Source of the DNA: Candidatus Daviesbacteria bacterium
GTDB taxonomy: Bacteria; Patescibacteriota; Microgenomatia; Daviesbacterales; UBA10151
Reading direction: 5' to 3'
Length of the DNA stretch: 64,000 nucleotides
NCBI GenBank assembly: GCA_028687915.1
Contig: JAQTZF010000001.1
Coordinates: 866,634 to 930,633 of the forward strand
Below, piece by piece: positions 61,297 to 64,000 of this stretch; the first letter of the stretch is position 1, and the number at the start of each line of letters is the position of its first letter. The notes beneath the pieces are model-generated. The model was not told the DNA's origin, did no database searches, and saw nothing but the letters and a program-made list of their open reading frames with translations. The translations under genes were made by a program, and so were the position numbers.

Positions 61297-62004
61297 TTAA
61301 AAAAGCTGGCCCTGAACAGCAAAGTCATCTGGATTAGATGTAATAATCTCTTTTCTGGTAATTTCTAACTTCCCATTTTTTCTTAACGGATAAGCAATAG
61401 TCACATGATTCCCCTGTATTTCACCATAATGTTCAAAATAATGAACTTCTCCTAAATGAACAGCTAAAGGAATATCTGGATGATGTCTGATAAAATCTGC
61501 TGCATTTGTAATATTAGCTCTTAAAGCTATCAGCTCTTCTAATTCCTCTGAGGTTAAATCTCTATTTAATATAAACCTTGATGTTTCCTGCCTTAAACGT
61601 TTTTCTTTCTCCGGATCTGTAAAAATATGGACTAATGCTTCTTCATTATGTGCTTTGTCATACTTTTCAAAATCTGAAAATACCCTCCATCCAGGACTTT
61701 TTTCTTTAATTAAATCTACGGTTACCGCCCTGCCCAAATCCCATGAATGAATCGCATAACCTTCAGATCCATCATATACCAATAAATCTCCGGCCAAAAA
61801 TCTAATGTAACCGCCATCGACTCTTGTTAGATCTTCATCTTTAAAACGTTTAATATCCTCATGTATACCATGCCTGTTTGCCACATCACTATGATATGTG
61901 GATCCTAATCTTTCTCCTGGTTGTGTAACATACAGACTGTTATCAAGACGAACAAACTTCACTTGATATACCCGCTCTGCTTCTGGTCCGTTATAAATTG
62001 CCAT
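61297..62004 (-). CDS. Hypothetical protein
   Basis: ORF track. Confidence 0.5.
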   Translation of the reverse strand: MAIYNGPEAERVYQVKFVRLDNSLYVTQPGERLGSTYHSDVANRHGIHEDIKRFKDEDLTRVDGGYIRFLAGDLLVYDGSEGYAIHSWDLGRAVTVDLIKEKSPGWRVFSDFEKYDKAHNEEALVHIFTDPEKEKRLRQETSRFILNRDLTSEELEELIALRANITNAADFIRHHPDIPLAVHLGEVHYFEHYGEIQGNHVTIAYPLRKNGKLEITRKEIITSNPDDFAVQGQLF

Positions 62005-62064
62005 TTTGGGGATTATATCTGATCAAATCCCAAAATTCTAGTTAGGGGAGATTAATCCATTATT

Positions 62065-62235
62065 TTAAAGTTTTAATAACTCTAAAGCTTTATAAAGTAC
62101 CACACCAGGCCAAAAGAGAGCTTTAATAATTCCAAGTATTCCTTCCTGAAAATTTGCAGCATGTTGAAGAAAATATACTAAAGCTCCTATTACACCAATT
62201 CCATATATAGCACCAGAACCAGCATTGTTTTTCAT
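62065..62235 (-). CDS. Unlisted small hydrophobic protein (56 aa: MKNNAGSGAIYGIGVIGALVYFLQHAANFQEGILGIIKALFWPGVVLYKALELLKL)
   Basis: Not in the ORF track. Strong RBS GAGGGGGGTGATAAT upstream of the ATG (RC of 62236..62252). Flanked by copies of the stop-adjacent motif. Confidence 0.45.
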   Translation of the reverse strand: MKNNAGSGAIYGIGVIGALVYFLQHAANFQEGILGIIKALFWPGVVLYKALELLKL

Positions 62236-62296
62236 ATTATCACCCCCCTCAATAAAATTTTAAAACTTTTCTAAAATTTAATCCAGAGGATTATCC

Positions 62297-63523
62297 TTAC
62301 CGACCCCCAGGTGGAGTAAATTTGGAACATTCATCTTTGTGTTGATCGCAATATTTATCACATTCTGCCTGAGACTTACATCCTCCAGGCCCTACTGCTC
62401 CTTCTGGCATTGGCCCACGATCACCACCGCCACGGTCATTTACCCGCTCTGATGAACCCCCAGGGCTTTCAGCTCTTATCCCAAAAAAGCTCAGAATCAT
62501 ACTAATTAATTTTTGGAAAAAGTTTCTGTCATCCTTTATTTCAGAATTTCTATCCCCGCTCCCTAAACCGCCCGCTTCTCCTTTATTATAATTTGGCTGA
62601 CCTCTAACTTCTGTTTGAACCTGTTTGCCAATTTTGGCCTCAAATTTTTGGGCATAATCAACCAAAGTCTTCATGGATTCCTTGGAACACCCTCCACCAC
62701 CTTGTTTGCCAGATTCTGTGATAGTTTTTTCCATACCCTGGTGTGTTTTTTCAAATACTTCACAATTTGTTGTTTTGGTATTGTAAATAGAAACTCTTTT
62801 GAGGTTTTTTAGGTTGTTAAGACAGGATAGATCTCCTGTAATATCAGGGTTTCCCGGATATTCATCTGCTATCCCCAATTCCTGCAGATTAGTTAAATTC
62901 TTAAGTGCACAAATATCTCCTTTAACATAAGTGCCACTCAAATAAAGAGCTTTTAAGTTTGGCATGTTGGCAAAAACACTAATATCTCCTGAAATATTTG
63001 TATGAGTCATAGCAAAATTTTCCAACTTAGTCAGATTTTTTAAACAAGCAATATCACCGGTAATTTTGGGATCAAAAGCAAATTTAATAATTCTAAGCTT
63101 AGTTGCATTAGCCAAAGAACAGATATCACCACCGACGTCTGGATTTGAATAAGGAGTCAGTACTTCAAGATTTATGAGGTTCTTTAAGTTTTCTATATCA
63201 CCCTTTACAACTCTGTCTGTGGAATCTAGATACTGTAAACAAGTCATATCTTTAAGTTGAGACATATCTTTAAGTAAGTCTATATTAGTAAGCTGCTGAA
63301 AAGTCTCATTAGGATAATACCCCTGATATGTTTTATTAGGATTAGTCCAGGTTGTTAAAGAGCCGGAAGAACAAGGCCCTATTTTTTCTCCTAAAACATT
63401 TTGAAGTTTGGAAGTTGGCAAAGATTGCTGTTGGGGAATACTTATCCCAATAGAAATAAAAAGGCTAAGCAGGATAGTAATAGCTATTACAATCAAAAGG
63501 TGAGCAGAGCCTTTTTCCCTCAT
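62297..63523 (-). CDS. Secreted leucine-rich-repeat-like protein with Cys-rich C-terminus
   Basis: Repeats of 'NLxxLxxLxxxxTxIxGDIxxLxNLTxL'. Signal peptide. Confidence 0.6.
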   Translation of the reverse strand: MREKGSAHLLIVIAITILLSLFISIGISIPQQQSLPTSKLQNVLGEKIGPCSSGSLTTWTNPNKTYQGYYPNETFQQLTNIDLLKDMSQLKDMTCLQYLDSTDRVVKGDIENLKNLINLEVLTPYSNPDVGGDICSLANATKLRIIKFAFDPKITGDIACLKNLTKLENFAMTHTNISGDISVFANMPNLKALYLSGTYVKGDICALKNLTNLQELGIADEYPGNPDITGDLSCLNNLKNLKRVSIYNTKTTNCEVFEKTHQGMEKTITESGKQGGGGCSKESMKTLVDYAQKFEAKIGKQVQTEVRGQPNYNKGEAGGLGSGDRNSEIKDDRNFFQKLISMILSFFGIRAESPGGSSERVNDRGGGDRGPMPEGAVGPGGCKSQAECDKYCDQHKDECSKFTPPGGR

Positions 63524-63565
63524 AAATAAACTATTTCATATCTATAATGAAAAATCAATAAACTT

Positions 63566-63595
63566 TTATAAAAGCTTGATTAAATTTGTTATAAT
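63566..63595 (+). promoter_or_regulatory. Sigma70-like promoter (TTGATT - 18 nt - TATAAT)
   Basis: ttgatt at 63566..63571 and tataat at 63590..63595, directly upstream of the plus-strand ORF. Confidence 0.4.
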
Positions 63596-63601
63596 ATAAG
63601 A

Positions 63602-64000
63602 GTGATAAGAGGATTACTTATTTCTCTAATTGTAGTTATTATCTTTTTAAGTTTAATCTTATTGGTAGTAGTATTCCGTAACCCAGCTCCACAAGTTATA
63701 ATAGTTACCCCCACACCAACACCTACTCCAATTATTACCATAACACCATCAGTTACCTCTACTCCAAGCAGCAATATAATTATTACTTCTCCCCTTCCTA
63801 ATCAATTAGTTTCCAGCCCCATAACAATTTCAGGTAAAGCTGTGGGAAATTGGTTTTTTGAAGCTGTGGCTCCGGTAAAGCTTGTTGATGGAAATGGAAA
63901 TATTTTATCTCAGGGACAAATCGGGGCTCAGGGAGATTGGCAAACAAATAATTTTGTTCCCTTTATAGGAGAACTTACCTACTCTACTCCTAATACAAAT
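63602..64000 (+). CDS. Membrane-anchored Gmad2/Ig-like domain protein (partial, 3' end beyond window; start codon uncertain, GTG at 63602 or a downstream TTG)
   Basis: Translation VIRGLLISLIVVIIFLSLILLVVVF...TPTPTPTP...PITISGKAVGNWFFEAVAPVKLVDGNGNILSQGQ... is Gmad2-like by memory. Confidence 0.45.
   Translation, partial: MIRGLLISLIVVIIFLSLILLVVVFRNPAPQVIIVTPTPTPTPIITITPSVTSTPSSNIIITSPLPNQLVSSPITISGKAVGNWFFEAVAPVKLVDGNGNILSQGQIGAQGDWQTNNFVPFIGELTYSTPNTN

Noticed and set aside
1-64000. Possibility of an alternative genetic code (UGA recoding, as in some candidate phyla)
   Set aside because: TGA terminates pepA (30636) and the CheY-like gene (27937) at the expected protein ends. Housekeeping proteins are full length with TGA treated as stop.
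1-64000. CRISPR arrays, transposases, integrases, reverse transcriptases
   Set aside because: No regularly spaced 25-40 bp repeats and no recognisable recombinase or RT motifs in any frame that I could see. The island appears to lack its own mobility genes in this window.

Overview
AT-rich (~35% GC), densely coding window. Overlapping start/stop junctions, giant Thr/Pro-linked surface proteins and cohesin/dockerin modules suggest a small-genome, possibly Patescibacteria/CPR-like bacterium; this is inference only. Standard genetic code: TGA is used as a stop for pepA and the CheY-like gene, and all housekeeping ORFs are full length.

Four blocks:
- 1-21.8 kb: a tightly packed minus-strand operon (258..21795). 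It encodes two membrane-anchored cohesin-like proteins, three paralogous giant modular secreted proteins (1543, 2462 and 1985 aa) and a glycosyl-hydrolase-like membrane protein. One giant ends in a Gly tract plus a type-I dockerin. A histidine kinase gene lies upstream and a response-regulator gene downstream.
- 21.8-28.3 kb: sensor kinase, a PaaK/F390-synthetase-like acyl-adenylate ligase next to a ThiF/E1-like protein, an RNHCP zinc-ribbon protein, a guanylate-kinase-like gene, a second CheY-like regulator and a DksA/TraR protein.
- 28.3-50.5 kb: housekeeping genes (lgt, efp, pepA, tRNA-Leu(CAA), dnaB, hisS, rpmE, prfA, prmC, pyrH, ctp, rpsF-ssb-rpsR, an S1 protease, an ABC exporter).
- 50.5-64 kb: an accessory island of mostly unrecognisable genes. 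Here ychF carries a diverged duplicate of its own 3' end flanking an inserted ORF, and a copy of its 5' module sits in front of an esterase gene. Six phased 10-bp tandem repeats overlap the start of a small wHTH gene. There is a standalone OLD-family ATPase/Toprim nuclease. A run of five hypothetical genes each has a conserved 'YCTGGATTAAATTCCCC' element immediately 3' of the stop codon.

No CRISPR array, transposase, integrase or reverse transcriptase was recognised.
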